Origin: Eledone cirrhosa
Taxonomy: Eukaryota
Length of the DNA: 64,000 nucleotides
Direction: 5' to 3'
Assembly: GCA_964016885.1 (NCBI GenBank)
Contig: OZ024750.1
Span: 48,794,001 to 48,858,000 of the forward strand
The first letter of the stretch is position 1, and each line of letters begins with the position of its first letter. The position numbers and the translations under genes are program-made. Shown piece by piece: positions 37,401-53,440 of this stretch. The notes under the pieces were generated by a model that did no database searches, was not told the origin of the DNA, and saw nothing but the letters and a program-made list of their open reading frames with translations.

Positions 37401-40400
37401 ATTCGTGTATCAGTATGTATGTACATGTACCCGTGTATCAGTATGTATGTATGTACATGTACCCGTGTATCAGTATGTATGTATGTACATGTACCCGTGT
37501 ATCAGTATGCATGTACATGTATTCGTGTATCAGTATGTATGTATGTACATGTACCCGTGTACCAGTATGTATGTATGTACATGTACCCGTGTATCAGTAT
37601 GTATGTATGTACATGTACCCGTGTATCAGTATGTATGTACATGTACCCGTGTACCAGTATGTATGTATGTACATGTACCCGTGTATCAGTATGTATATAT
37701 GTACATGTACTCGTGTACCAGTATGTATGTATGTACATGTACCCGTGTATCAGTATGTATGTATGTACATGCACCCGTGTATCCGTATGTATGTATGTAC
37801 ATGTACCCGTGTATCAGTATGTATGTATGTACATGTACCCGTGTATCAGTATGTATGTACATGTACCCGTGTATCAGTATGTATGTACATGTACTCGTGT
37901 ATCAGTATGTATGTATGTACATGCACCCGTGTATCAGTATGTATGTATGTACATGTACCCGTGTATCAGTATGTATGTACATGTACTCGTATATCAGTAT
38001 GTATGTAAGTACATGTACCCGTGTATCAGTATGTATGTACATGTACCCGTGTATCAGTATGTATGCATGAACATGTACCCGTGTATCAGTATGTATGTAC
38101 ATGTACCCGTGTATCAGTATGTATGTATGTACATGTACTCGTGTATCAGTATGTATGTATATACATGTACCCGTGTATCAGTATGTATGTACATGTACCC
38201 GTCTAGCAGTATGTATGTACATGTACCCGTGTATCAGTATGTATGTATGTACATGTACCCGTGTATCAGTTTGTATGTATGTACATGTACCCGTGTATCA
38301 GTATGTATGTACATGTACCCGTGTATCAGTATGTATGTATGTACATGTACCCGTTTATCAGTATGTATGTATGTACATGTACCCGTGTATCAGTATGTAT
38401 GTACATGTACCCGTGTATCAGTATGTATGTATGTACATGTACCCGTGTATCAGTATGTATGTATGTACATGTACCCGTGTATCAGGATGTATGTATATGT
38501 ACCCGTGCATCAGTATGTATGTGCATGTACTCGTGTATCAGTATGTATGTATGTACATGTACCCGTGTACCTGTATGTATGTACATGTACCCGTGTATCA
38601 GTATGTATGTATGTACATGTACCCGTGTATCAGTATGTATGTATGTACATGTACCCGTGTATCAGAATGTATGTATGTACATGTACCCGTTTATCAGTAT
38701 GTATGTATGTACATGTACCTGTGTATCACTATGTATGTATGTACATGTACCCGTGTATCAGTATGTATGTATGTACATGTACCCGTGTATCAGTATGTAT
38801 GTATGTACATGCACCCGTGTATCAGTATGTATGTATGTACATGTACCCGTGTATCAGTATGTATGTATGTACATGTACCCGTGTATCAGTATGTATGTAC
38901 ATGTATTCGTGTATCAGTATGTATGTATGTACATGTACCCGTGTACCAGTATGTATGTATGTACATGTACCCGTGTATCAGTATGTATGTATGTACATGT
39001 ACCCGTGTATCAGTATGTATGTACATGTACCCGTGTACCAGTATGTATGTATGTACATGTACCCGTGTATCAGTATGTATATATGTACATGTACTCGTGT
39101 ACCAGTATGTATGTATGTACATGTACCCGTGTATCAGTATGTATGTATGTACATGCACCCGTGTATCCGTATGTATGTATGTACATGTACCCGTGTATCA
39201 GTATGTATGTATGTACATGTACCCGTGTATCAGTATGTATGTACATGTACCCGTGTATCAGTATGTATGTACATGTACTCGTGTATCAGTATGTATGTAT
39301 GTACATGCACCCGTGTATCAGTATGTATGTATGTACATGTACCCGTGTATCAGTATGTATGTACATGTACTCGTATATCAGTATGTATGTATGTACATGT
39401 ACCCGTGTATCAGTATGTATGTACATGTACCCGTGTATCAGTATGTATGCATGAACATGTACCCGTGTATCAGTATGTATGTACATGTACCCGTGTATCA
39501 GTATGTATGTATGTACATGTACTCGTGTATCAGTATGTATGTATATACATGTACCCGTGTATCAGTATGTATGTACATGTACCCGTCTAGCAGTATGTAT
39601 GTATGTACATGTACCCGTGTATCAGTATGTGTGTATGTACATGTACTCGTGTATCAGCATGTATGTACATGTACCTCTGTATCAGTATGTATGTACATGT
39701 ACCCGTGTATCAGTATGCATGTACATGTACCCGTGTATCAGTATGTATGTATGTACATGTACTCGTGTATCAGTATGTATGCATGTACATGTACCCGGCT
39801 ATCAGTATGTGTGTATGTACATGTACCCGTGTATCAGTATATATGCATGTACATGTACCCGTGTATCAGTATGTGTGTATGTACATGTACTCGTGTATCA
39901 GTATGTATGTATGTACACGTACTCGTGTACCAGTATGTATGTATGTACATGTACCCGTGTACCAGTATGTATGTATGTACATGTACCAGTGTATCAGTAT
40001 GTATGTATGTACATGTACCCTTGATTCAGTATGTATGTATGTACATGTACTCGTGTACCAGTATGTATGTATGTACATGTACTCGTGTATCAGTATGTAT
40101 GTACATGTATTCGTGTATCAGTATGTATGTACATGTACCCGTGTATCAGTATGTATGTATGTACATGTACCCGTGTATCAGTATGTATGTATGTACATGT
40201 ACCCGTGTATCAGTATGTATGTACATGTATTCGTGTATCAGTATGTATGTATGTACATGTACCCGTGTACCAGTATGTATGTATGTACATGTACCCGTGT
40301 ATCAGTATGTATGTACATGTACCCGTGTATCAGTATGTATGTACATGTACCCGTGTACCAGTATGTATGTATGTACATGTACCCGTGTATCAGTATGTAT

Positions 40401-43400
40401 ATATGTACATGTACTCGTGTACCAGTATGTATGTATGTACATGTACCCGTGTATCAGTATGTATGTATGTACATGCACCCGTGTATCCGTATGTATGTAT
40501 GTGCATGTACCCGTGTATCAGTATGTATGTATGTACATGTACCCGTGTATCAGTATGTATGTACATGTACCCGTGTATCAGTGTGTATGTACATGTACTC
40601 GTGTATCAGTATGTATGTATGTACATGCACCCGTGTATCAGTATGTATGTATGTACATGTACCCGTGTATCAGTATGTATGTACATGTACTCGTATATCA
40701 GTATGTATGTATGTACATGTACCCGTGTATCAGTATGTATGTACATGTACCCGTGTATCAGTATGTATGCATGAACATGTACCCGTGTATCAGTATGTAT
40801 GTACATGTACCCGTGTATCAGTATGTATGTATGTACATGTACTCGTGTATCAGTATGTATGTATATACATGTACCCGTGTATCAGTATGTATGTACATGT
40901 ACCCGTCTAGCAGTATGTATGTACATGTATCCGTGTATCAGTATGTATGTATGTACATGTACCCGTGTATCAGTATGTATGTATGTACATGTACCCGTGT
41001 ATCAGTATGTATGTATGTACATGTACCCGTGTATCAGTATGTATGTACATGTACCCGTGTATCAGTATGTATGTATGTACATGTACCCGTGTATCAGTAT
41101 GTATGTGCATGTACCCGTGTATCAGTATGTATGTATGTACATGTACCCGTGTATCAGTATGTATGTATGTACATGTACCCGTGTATCAGTATGTATGTAT
41201 GTACATGTACCCGTGTATCAGTATGTATGTATATGTACCCGTGCATCAGTATGTATGTGCATGTACTCGTGTATCAGTATGTATGTATGTACATGTACCC
41301 GTGTATCAGTATGTATGTACATGTACCCGTGTATCAGTATGTATGTATGTACATGTACCCGTGTATCAGTATGTATGTATGTACATGTACCCGTGTATCA
41401 GTATGTATGTATGTACATGTACCCGTGTATCAGTATGTATGAATGTACATGTACCCGTGTATCAATATGTATGTATGTACATGTACTCGTGTATCAGTAT
41501 GTATGTATGTACATGTACCCGTGTATCAGTATGTATGTATGCACATGTACCTGTGTATCAGTATGTATGTATGTACATGTACCCGTGTATCATTATGTAT
41601 GTATGTACATGTACCCGTGTATCAGTATGTATGTACATGTACCCGTGTATCAATATGTATGTATGTACATGTACTCGTGTATCAGTATGTATGTACATGT
41701 ACCCGTGAATCAGTATGAGTGTACATGTACCCGTGTATCAGTATGTATGTATGTACATGTACTCGTGTAATAGTATGTATGTATGTAGATGTACCCGTGT
41801 ATCAGTATGTATGTATGTACATGTACCCGTGTATCAGTATGTATGTGTGTAGATGTACCCGTGTATCAGTATGTATGTATGTACATGTACCCGTGTATCA
41901 GTATGTATGTATGTACATGTACCCGTGTACCTGTATGTATGTACATGTACCCGTGTATCAGTATGTATGTATGTACATGTACCCGTGTATCAGTATGTAT
42001 GTATGTACATGTACCCGTGTATCAGAATGTATGTATGTACATGTACCCGTTTATCAGTATGTATGTATGTACATGTACCCGTGTATCACTATGTATGTAT
42101 GTACATGTACCCGTGTATCAGTATGTATGTATGTACATGTACCCGTCTATCAGTATGTATGTATGTACATGCACCCGTGTATCAGTATGTATGTATGTAC
42201 ATGTACCCGTGTATCAGTATGTATGTATGTACATGTACCCGTGTATCAGTATGTATGTACATGTATTCGTGTATCAGTATGTATGTATGTACATGTACCC
42301 GTGTACCAGTATGTATGTATGTACATGTACCCGTGTATCAGTATGTATGTATGTACATGTACCCGTGTATCAGTATGTATGTACATGTACCCGTGTACCA
42401 GTATGTATGTATGTACATGCACCCGTGTATCAGTATGTATATATGTACATGTACTCGTGTACCAGTATGTATGTATGTACATGTACCCGTGTATCAGTAT
42501 GTATGTATGTACATGCACCCGTGTATCCGTATGTATGTATGTACATGTACCCGTGTATCAGTATGTATGTATGTACATGTACCCGTGTATCAGTATGTAT
42601 GTACATGTACCCGTGTATCAGTATGTATGTACATGTACTCGTGTATCAGTATGTATGTATGTACATGCACCCGTGTATCAGTATGTATGTATGTACATGT
42701 ACCCGTGTATCAGTATGTATGTACATGTACTCGTATATCAGTATGTATGTATGTACATGTACCCGTGTATCAGTATGTATGTACATGTACCCGTGTATCA
42801 GTATGTATGCATGAACATGTACCCGTGTATCAGTATGTATGTACATGTACCCGTGTATCAGTATGTATGTATGTACATGTACTCGTGTATCAGTATGTAT
42901 GTATATACATGTACCCGTGTATCAGTATGTATGTACATGTACCCGTCTAGCAGTATGTATGTACATGTACCCGTGTATCAGTATGTATGTATGTACATGT
43001 ACCCGTGTATCAGTTTGTATGTATGTACATGTACCCGTGTATCAGTATGTATGTACATGTACCCGTGTATCAGTATGTATGTATGTACATGTACCCGTGT
43101 ATCAGTATGTATGTATGTACATGTACCCGTGTATCAGTATGTATGTACATGTACCCGTGTATCAGTATGTATGTATGTACATGTACCCGTGTATCAGTAT
43201 GTGTGTATGTACATGTACTCGTGTATCAGCATGTATGTACATGTACCTCTGTATCAGTATGTATGTACATGTACCCGTGTATCAGTATGCATGTACATGT
43301 ACCCGTGTATCAGTATGTATGTATGTACATGTACCCGTGTATCAGTATGTATGCATGTACATGTACCCGTCTATCAGTATGTGTGTATGTACATGTACCC

Positions 43401-46400
43401 GTGTATCAGTATATATGCATGTACATGTACCCGTGTATCAGTATGTGTGTATGTACATGTACTCGTGTATCAGTATGTATGTATGTACACGTACTCGTGT
43501 ACCAGTATGTATGTATGTACATGTACCCGTGTACCAGTATGTATGTATGTACATGTACCAGTGTATCAGTATGTATGTATGTACATGTACCCTTGTATCA
43601 GTATGTATGTATGTACATGTACCCGTGTATCAGTATGTATGTATGTACATGTACTCGTGTACCAGTATGTATGTATGTACATGTACTCGTGTATCAGTAT
43701 GTATGTACATGTATTCGTGTATCAGTATGTATGTACATGTACCCGTGTATCAGTATGTATGTATGTACATGTACCCGTGTATCAGTATGTATGTACATGT
43801 ACCCGTGTATCAGTATGTATGTATGTACATGTACTCGTGTATCAGTATGTATGTATATACATGTACCCGTGTATCAGTATGTATGTACATGTACCCGTCT
43901 AGCAGTATGTATGTACATGTATCCGTGTATCAGTATGTATGTATGTACATGTACCCGTGTATCAGTATGTATGTATGTACATGTACCCGTGTATCAGTAT
44001 GTATGTATGTACATGTACCCGTGTATCAGTATGTATGTACATGTACCCGTGTATCAGTATGTATGTATGTACATGTACCCGTGTATCAGTATGTATGTGC
44101 ATGTACCCGTGTATCAGTATGTATGTATGTACATGTACCCGTGTATCAGTATGTATGTATGTACATGTACCCGTGTATCAGTATGTATGTATGTACATGT
44201 ACCCGTGTATCAGTATGTATGTATATGTACCCGTGCATCAGTATGTATGTGCATGTACTCGTGTATCAGTATGTATGTATGTACATGTACCCGTGTATCA
44301 GTATGTATGTACATGTACCCGTGTATCAGTATGTATTTATGTACATGTACCCGTGTATCAGTATGTATGTATGTACATGTACCCGTGTATAAGTATGTAT
44401 GTATGTACATGTACCCGTGTATCAGTATGTATGAATGTACATGTACCCGTGTATCAATATGTATGTATGTACATGTACTCGTGTATCAGTATGTATGTAT
44501 GTACATGTACCCGTGTATCAGTATGTATGTATGTACATGTACCCGTGTATCAGTATGTATGTACATGTACCTGTGTATCAGTATGTATGTATGTACATGT
44601 ACCCGTGTATCATTATGTATGTATGTACATGTACCCGTGTATCAGTATGTATGTATATGTACCCGTGTATCAATATGTATGTATGTATATGTACCCGTGA
44701 ATCAGTATGTATGTACATGTACCCGTGTATCAGTATGTATGTATGTACATGTACTCGTGTAATAGTATGTATGTATGTAGATGTACCCGTGTATCAGTAG
44801 GTATGTATGTACATGTACCCGTGTATCAGTATGTATGTATGTAGATGTACCCGTGTATCAGTATGTATGTATGTACATGTACCCGTGTATCAGTATGTAT
44901 GTATGTACATGTACCCGTGTACCTGTATGTATGTACATGTACCCGTGTATCAGTATGTATGTATGTACATGTACCCGTGTATCAGTATGTATGTATGTAC
45001 ATGTACCCGTGTATCAGAATGTATGTATGTACATGTACCCGTTTATCAGTATGTATGTATGTACATGTACCCGTGTATCACTATGTATGTATGTACATGT
45101 ACCCGTGTATCAGTATGTATGTATGTACATGTACCCGTCTATCAGTATGTATGTATGTACATGCACCCGTGTATCAGTATGTATGTATGTACATGTACCC
45201 GTGTATCAGTATGTATGTATGTACATGTACCCGTGTATCAGTATGTATGTACATGTATTCGTGTATCAGTATGTATGTATGTACATGTACCCGTGTACCA
45301 GTATGTATGTATGTACATGTACCCGTGTATCAGTATGTATGTATGTACATGTACCCGTGTATCAGTATGTATGTACATGTACCCGTGTACCAGTATGTAT
45401 GTATGTACATGTACCCGTGTATCAGTATGTATATATGTACATGTACTCGTGTACCAGTATGTATGTATGTACATGTACCCGTGTATCAGTATGTATGTAT
45501 GTACATGCACCCGTGTATCCGTATGTATGTATGTACATGTACCCGTGTATCAGTATGTATGTATGTACATGTACCCGTGTATCAGTATGTATGTACATGT
45601 ACCCGTGTATCAGTATGTATGTACATGTACTCGTGTATCAGTATGTATGTATGTACATGCACCCGTGTATCAGTATGTATGTATGTACATGTACCCGTGT
45701 ATCAGTATGTATGTACATGTACTCGTATATCAGTATGTATGTATGTACATGTACCCGTGTATCAGTATGTATGTACATGTACCCGTGTATCAGTATGTAT
45801 GCATGAACATGTACCCGTGTATCAGTATGTATGTACATGTACCCGTGTATCAGTATGTATGTATGTACATGTACTCGTGTATCAGTATGTATGTATATAC
45901 ATGTACCCGTGTATCAGTATGTATGTACATGTACCCGTCTAGCAGTATGTATGTACATGTACCCGTGTATCAGTATGTATGTATGTACATGTACCCGTGT
46001 ATCAGTTTGTATGTATGTACATGTACCCGTGTATCAGTATGTATGTACATGTACCCGTGTATCAGTATGTATGTATGTACATGTACCCGTGTATCAGTAT
46101 GTATGTATGTACATATACCCGTGTATCAGTATGTATGTACATGTACCCGTGTATCAGTATGTATGTATGTACATGTACCCGTGTATCAGTATGTGTGTAT
46201 GTACATGTACTCGTGTATCAGTATGTATGTATGTACACGTACTCGTGTACCAGTATGTATGTATGTACATGTACCCGTGTACCAGTATGTATGTATGTAC
46301 ATGTACCAGTGTATCAGTATGTATGTATGTACATGTACCCTTGTATCAGTATGTATGTATGTACATGTACCCGTGTATCAGTATGTATGTATGTACATGT

Positions 46401-49400
46401 ACTCGTGTACCAGTATGTATGTATGTACATGTACTCGTGTATCAGTATGTATGTACATGTATTCGTGTATCAGTATGTATGTACATGTACCCGTGTATCA
46501 GTATGTATGTATGTACATGTACCCGTGTATCAGTATGTATGTATGTACATGTACCCGTGTATCAGTATGTATGTACATGTATTCGTGTATCAGTATGTAT
46601 GTATGTACATGTACCCGTGTACCAGTATGTATGTATGTACATGTACCCGTGTATCAGTATGTATGTATGTACATGTACCCGTGTATCAGTATGTATGTAC
46701 ATGTACCCGTGTATCAGTATGTATGTATGTACATGCACCCGTGTATCCGTATGTATGTATGTACATGTACCCGTGTATCAGTATGTATGTATGTACATGT
46801 ACCCGTGTATCAGTATGTATGTACATGTACCCGTGTATCAGTATGTATGTACATGTACTCGTGTATCAGTATGTATGTATGTACATGCACCCGTGTATCA
46901 GTATGTATGTATGTACATGTACCCGTGTATCAGTATGTATGTACATGTACTCGTATATCAGTATGTATGTATGTACATGTACCCGTGTATCAGTATGTAT
47001 GTACATGTACCCGTGTATCAGTATGTATGCATGAACATGTACCCGTGTATCAGTATGTATGTACATGTACCCGTGTATCAGTATGTATGTATGTACATGT
47101 ACTCGTGTATCAGTATGTATGTATATACATGTACCCGTGTATCAGTATGTATGTACATGTACCCGTCTAGCAGTATGTATGTACATGTACCCGTGTATCA
47201 GTATGTATGTATGTACATGTACCCGTGTATCAGTATGTATGTATGTACATGTACTCGTGTATCAGTATGTGTGTATGTACATGTACCCGTGTATCAGTAT
47301 GTATGTATGTACATGTACCCGTGTATCAGTATGTGTGTATGTACATGTACCCGTGTATCAGTATGTATGTACATGTACCCGTGTTTCAGAATGTATGTAT
47401 GTACATGTACTCGTGTATCAGTATGTATGTACATGTACCCGTGTATCAGTATGTATGTATGTACATGTACCCATGTATCAGTATGTATGTATGTACATGT
47501 ACCCGTGTATCAGTATGTATGTATGTACATGTACTCGTGTATCAGTATGTATGTACATGTACCCGTGTATCAGTATGTATGTACATGTACCCCTGTATCA
47601 GTATGTATTTACATGTACCCGTGTATCAGTATGCATGTACATGTACCCGTGTATCAGTATGTATGTATGTACATGTACCCGTGTATCAGTATGTATGCAT
47701 GTACATGTACCCGTGTATCAGTATGTGTGTATGTACATGTACACGTGTATCAGTATGTGTGTATGTACATGTACTCGTGTATCAGTATGTATGTACATGT
47801 ACCCGTGTATCAGTATGTATGTACATGTACCCGTGTATCAGTATGCATGTGCATGTACCCGTGTATCAGTATGTATGTATGTACATGTACCCGTGTATCA
47901 GTATGTGTGTATGTACATGTACTCGTGTATCAGCATGTATGTACATGTACCTCTGTATCAGTATGTATGTACATGTACCCGTGTATCAGTATGCATGTAC
48001 ATGTACCCGTGTATCAGTATGTATGTATGTACATGTACCCGTGTATCACTATGTATGCATGTACATGTACCCGTCTATCAGTATGTGTGTATGTACATGT
48101 ACCCGTGTATCAGTATATATGCATGTACATGTACCCGTGTATCAGTATGTGTGTATGTACATGTACTCGTGTATCAGTATGTATGTATGTACACGTACTC
48201 GTGTACCAGTATGTATGTATGTACATGTACCCGTGTACCAGTATGTATGTATGTACATGTACCAGTGTATCAGTATGTATGTATGTACATGTAGCCTTGT
48301 ATCAGTATGTATGTACGTACATGTACCCGTGTATCAGTATGTATGTATGTACATGTACTCGTGTACCAGTATGTATGAATGTACATGTACTCGTGTATCA
48401 GTATGTATGTATGTACATGTACCCGTGTGCCAGTATGTATGTATGTACATGTACCCGTGTATCAGTATGTATGTATGTACATGTACCCGTGTATCAGTAT
48501 GTATGTACATGTATTCGTGTATCAGTATGTATGTACATGTACTCGTGTACCAGTATGTACGTATGTACATGTACCCGTGTATCAGTATGTATGTATGTAT
48601 ATGTACCCGTCTATCAGTATGTATGTATATACATGTACTCGTGTATCAGTATGTATGTATGCACATGTACTCGTGTATCAGTATGTATATATGTACATGT
48701 ACCCATATATCAGTACGTGTGTATGTACATGTACCCGTGTATCAGTATGTATGTATGTACATGTACCCGTATATCAGTATGTATGTATGTACATGTACCC
48801 GTGTATCAGTATGTATGTACATGTACCCGTGTATCAGTATGTATGTACATGTACCCGTATATCAGTATGTGTGTATGTACATGTACCGGTGTATCAGTAT
48901 GTATGTATGTACATGTACCCGTGTATCAGTATGTATGTATGTACATGTACCCGTATATCAGTATGTGTGTATGTACATGTACCCGTGTATCAGTATGTAT
49001 GTATGTACATGTACCCGTGTATCAGTATGTATGTATGCACATCTACACGTGTATTAGTATGTATGTATGTACATCTACTCGTGTATCAGTATGTATGTAT
49101 GTATGTATGTACATGTACTCGTGTATTAGTATGTATGTACATGTACCCGTGTATCAGTATGTATGTATGTACATGTACCCGTGTATCAGTATGTATGTAC
49201 ATGTACCCGTGTATCAGTATGTATGTACATGTACTCGTGTATCAGTATGTATGTATGTACATGCACCCGTGTATCAGTATGTATGTATGTACATGTACCC
49301 GTGTATCAGTATGTATGTACATGTACTCGTATATCAGTATGTATGTATGTACATGTACCCGTGTATCAGTATGTATGTACATGTACCCGTGTATCAGTAT

Positions 49401-52247
49401 GTATGCATGAACATGTACCCGTGTATCAGTATGTATGTACATGTACCCGTGTATCAGTATGTATGTATGTACATGTACTCGTGTATCAGTATGTATGTAT
49501 ATACATGTACCCGTGTATCAGTATGTATGTACATGTACCCGTCTAGCAGTATGTATGTACATGTACCCGTGTATCAGTATGTATGTATGTACATGTACCC
49601 GTGTATCAGTTTGTATGTATGTACATGTACCCGTGTATCAGTATGTATGTACATGTACCCGTGTATCAGTATGTATGTATGTACATGTACCCGTGTATCA
49701 GTATGTATGTATGTACATGTACCCGTGTATCAGTATGTATGTACATGTACCCGTGTATCAGTATGCATGTACATGTACCCGTGTATCAGTATGTGTGTAT
49801 GTACATGTACCTGTGTATCAGTATGTATGTATGTACATGTACTCGTGTATCAGTATGTGTGTATGTACATGTACCCGTGTATCAGTATGTATGTATGTAC
49901 ATGTACCCGTGTATCAGTATGTGTGTATGTACATGTACCCGTGTATCAGTATGTATGTACATGTACCCGTGTTTCAGAATGCATGTATGTACATGTACTC
50001 GTGTATCAGTATGTATGTACATGTACCCGTGTATCAGTATGTATGTATGTACATGTACCCATGTATCAGTATGTATGTATGTACATGTACCCGTGTATCA
50101 GTATGTATGTATGTACATGTACTCGTGTATCAGTATGTATGTACATGTACCCGTGTATCAGTATGTATGTATGTACATGCACCCCTGTATCAGTATGTAT
50201 TTACATGTACCCGTGTATCAGTATGCATGTACATGTACCCGTGTATCAGTATGTATGTATGTACATGTACCCGTGTATCAGTATGTATGCATGTACATGT
50301 ACCCGTGTATCAGTATGTGTGTATGTACATGTACACGTGTATCAGTATGTGTGTATGTACATGTACTCGTGTATCAGTATGTATGTACATGTACCCGTGT
50401 ATCAGTATGTATGTACATGTACCCGTGTATCAGTATGCAGGTACATGTACCCGTGTATCAGTATGTATGTATGTACATGTACCCGTGTATCAGTATGTGT
50501 GTATGTACATGTACTCGTGTATCGGCATGTATGTACATGTACCTCTGTATCAGTATGTATGTACATGTACCCGTGTATCAGTATGCATGTACATGTACCC
50601 GTGTATCAGTATGTATGTATGTACATGTACCCGTGTATCACTATGTATGCATGTACATGTACCCGTCTATCAGTATGTGTGTATGTACATGTACCCGTGT
50701 ATCAGTATATATGCATGTACATGTACCCGTGTATCAGTATGTGTGTATGTACATGTACTCGTGTATCAGTATGTATGTATGTACACGTACTCGTGTACCA
50801 GTATGTATGTATGTACATGTACCCGTGTACCAGTATGTATGTACGTACATGTACCAGTGTATCAGTATGTATGTATGTACATGTAGCCTTGTATCAGTAT
50901 GTATGTACGTACATGTACCCGTGTATCAGTATGTATGTATGTACATGTACTCGTGTATCAGTATGTATGTACATGTATTCGTGTATCAGTATGTATGTAC
51001 ATGTATTCGTGTATCAGTATGTATGTACATGTACCCGTGTACCAGTATGTATGTATGTACATGTACCAGTGTATCAGTATGTATGTATGTACATGTAGCC
51101 TTGTATCAGTATGTATGTACGTACATGTACCCGTGTATCAGTATGTATGTACGTACATGTACCCGTGTATCAGTATGTATGTATGTACATGTATTCGTGT
51201 ATCAGTATGTATGTACATGTATTCGTGTATCAGTATGTATGTACATGTACTCGTGTACCAGTATGTATGTATGTACATGTACTCGTGTATCAGTATGTAT
51301 CTATGTACATGTACCCGTGTACCAGTATGTATGTATGTACATGTACCCGTGTATCAGTATGTATGTATGTACATGTACCCGTGTATCAGTATGTATGTAC
51401 ATGTACTCGTGTACCAGTATGTATGTATGTACATGTACCCGTGTATCAGTATGTATGTATGTACATGTACCCGTGTATCAGTATGTATGTATGTATATGT
51501 ACCCGTCTATCAGTATGTATGTATATACATGTACTCGTGTATCAGTATGTATGTATGCACATGTACTCGTGTATCAGTATGTATATATGTACATGTACCC
51601 ATATATCAGTACGTGTGTATGTACATGTACCCGTGTATCAGTATGTATGTATGTACATGTACCCGTATATCAGTATGTATGTATGTACATGTACCCGTGT
51701 ATCAGTATGTATGTACATGTACCCGTGTATCAGTATGTATGTACATGTACCCGTATATCAGTATGTGTGTATGTACATGTACCGGTGTATCAGTATGTAT
51801 GTATGTACATGTACCCGTGTATCAGTATGTATGTATGTACATGTACCCGTATATCAGTATGTGTGTATGTACATGTTACCCGTGTATCAGTATGTATGTA
51901 TGTACATGTACCCGTGTATCAGTATGTATGTATGCACATATACACGTGTATTAGTATGTATGTATGTACATCTACTCGTGTATCAGTATGTATGTATGTA
52001 TGTATGTACATGTACTCGTGTATTAGTATGTATGTACATGTACCCGTGTATCAGTATGTATGTATGTACATGTACCCGTGTATCAGTATGTCTGTATGTA
52101 TGTATGTATGAACATGTACTCGTGTATCAGTATGTATGTATGTATGTATGTATGTATGTATGTATGTATGTATGTATGTATGTATGAACATGTACTCGTG
52201 TATCAGTATGTATGTACATGTAGCCATGTATCAGTATGTATGTATGT
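31470..52247. repeat. Satellite array, ~20.8 kb, mixed 32-bp and 28-bp units GTATCA(GTAT)2-3GTACATGTACCCGT with kb-scale higher-order duplications
   Basis: Read directly; roughly 700 units. Diagnostic variants recur at offsets such as 2779 and 2992 bp. Confidence 0.98.
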
Positions 52248-52762
52248 TTGATTTCCTCGACAAGACAACTTCTCATACATTAAATCATCAACGTCGAAGC
52301 TGGATAGAAGCCCAAACCACTCCATACCTGCTGCAAAGCACTTCTCTTAAATACACATAATATTAATTTATTAATTATCTCGCCCATGAATAAATCGGAG
52401 CAGATAACAGGTAGATGCCTAAATTACACAGCACTATATTGACTGAGATTAATAAAAATTAATTGTTTACCTGAGGCAATAATACATAAATCAATAGCAC
52501 CATAGACATTTGTACAGGGACCTATGACATGGAATTAGCCGATAGGAAACATATCATGTCTGCTATAAAGTCCTGTTAATTAAATATCTAAATATTGAAT
52601 CATTAACATACTTTCACAACATACATAGCTGAAGTCAACAACCTGATAATTACGTCATGTAGCAAACTTTCATGCCTAGAATCTAATTACACATAAACTG
52701 AACTTGAATTGTAAATATTACTTCCTCCAGCCCCCCTTGTTGCTTCTGTTATTGACGTCATT

Positions 52763-52918
52763 TTTCTTCTTCTTCTTCTTCTTCTTCTTCTTCTTCGACC
52801 CCTCCTCCTCCTCCTCATTTTTCTTCTTCTTCTTCTACTTCTTATTCTTCCACTCCTCCTCCTCATTCTTCTTCTTCTTCTTCTTCTTCTTATTATTATT
52901 ATTATTATTATTATTATT
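52763..52918. repeat. Compound (CTT)n/(CCT)n/(ATT)n microsatellite
   Basis: Read directly. Confidence 0.95.
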
Positions 52919-52924
52919 CCAATT

Positions 52925-53440
52925 GTCAAGGTTCGCCCCATTTCGAACCCTCTTTGTGGTCTTGGGACACACAATTTTATTCTTTCATCGCACGTCTCTC
53001 AGGACAGGTTGCAGGAGCGACTACGCCATGCTGTGTTATTTCGAAAAAGCTTGGCATTTGCTATAGGGACTATCTTGCTGGATCCAGAAGGTAAGTTGGT
53101 GGTGCTGGACGTGACCAGTAACGAAGGCTATGCACTTAGGCTGGGTAGCTTCCTATGCCCCAACAGGAGCAGGATGTCCTGATCATTTCAGACGCCTTAA
53201 GACCTTTCTAGGAACGTCCTGCTCTTTAGTGTTAGTGGGGCAATGGAATGGTATTTTGGATGCAGGCTGGGACTGTGCGGGAATAGCAGATAGGGGAGGA
53301 GGGGGTAAATGCCTCGCTATCCTACTCAGACGCTTCCAAATGGCTGAGAGGTATCAACTGGATTTCCCAAATCTGCCAATGTGGACATGGACAAACTACA
53401 TCGGGCCATCCAGATCGTACTTAAATAGTGTATTCTATAG
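52925..53440 (+). mobile_element. Decayed APE endonuclease fragment of a Tx1/L1-type LINE
   Basis: DPEGKLVVLDV...(frameshift)VASYAPTG...HFRRLKTFL..SLVLVGQWNGILD...WTW resembles the L1/Tx1 EN motifs D.EGR, YAP, GDFN and TW. Confidence 0.7.

Noticed and set aside
31470-52247. CRISPR-like array or p53-site array (GTACATGTAC)
   Set aside because: No unique spacers and no cas genes; the palindrome has two mismatches to RRRCWWGYYY and arises trivially from GTAT/GTAC words.
31434-52360. Very long ORFs (up to 1755 aa) rich in M/Y/V/C/H/P
   Set aside because: Artefact of a nearly stop-free 28/32-bp satellite; open in all three plus frames, with no domain.
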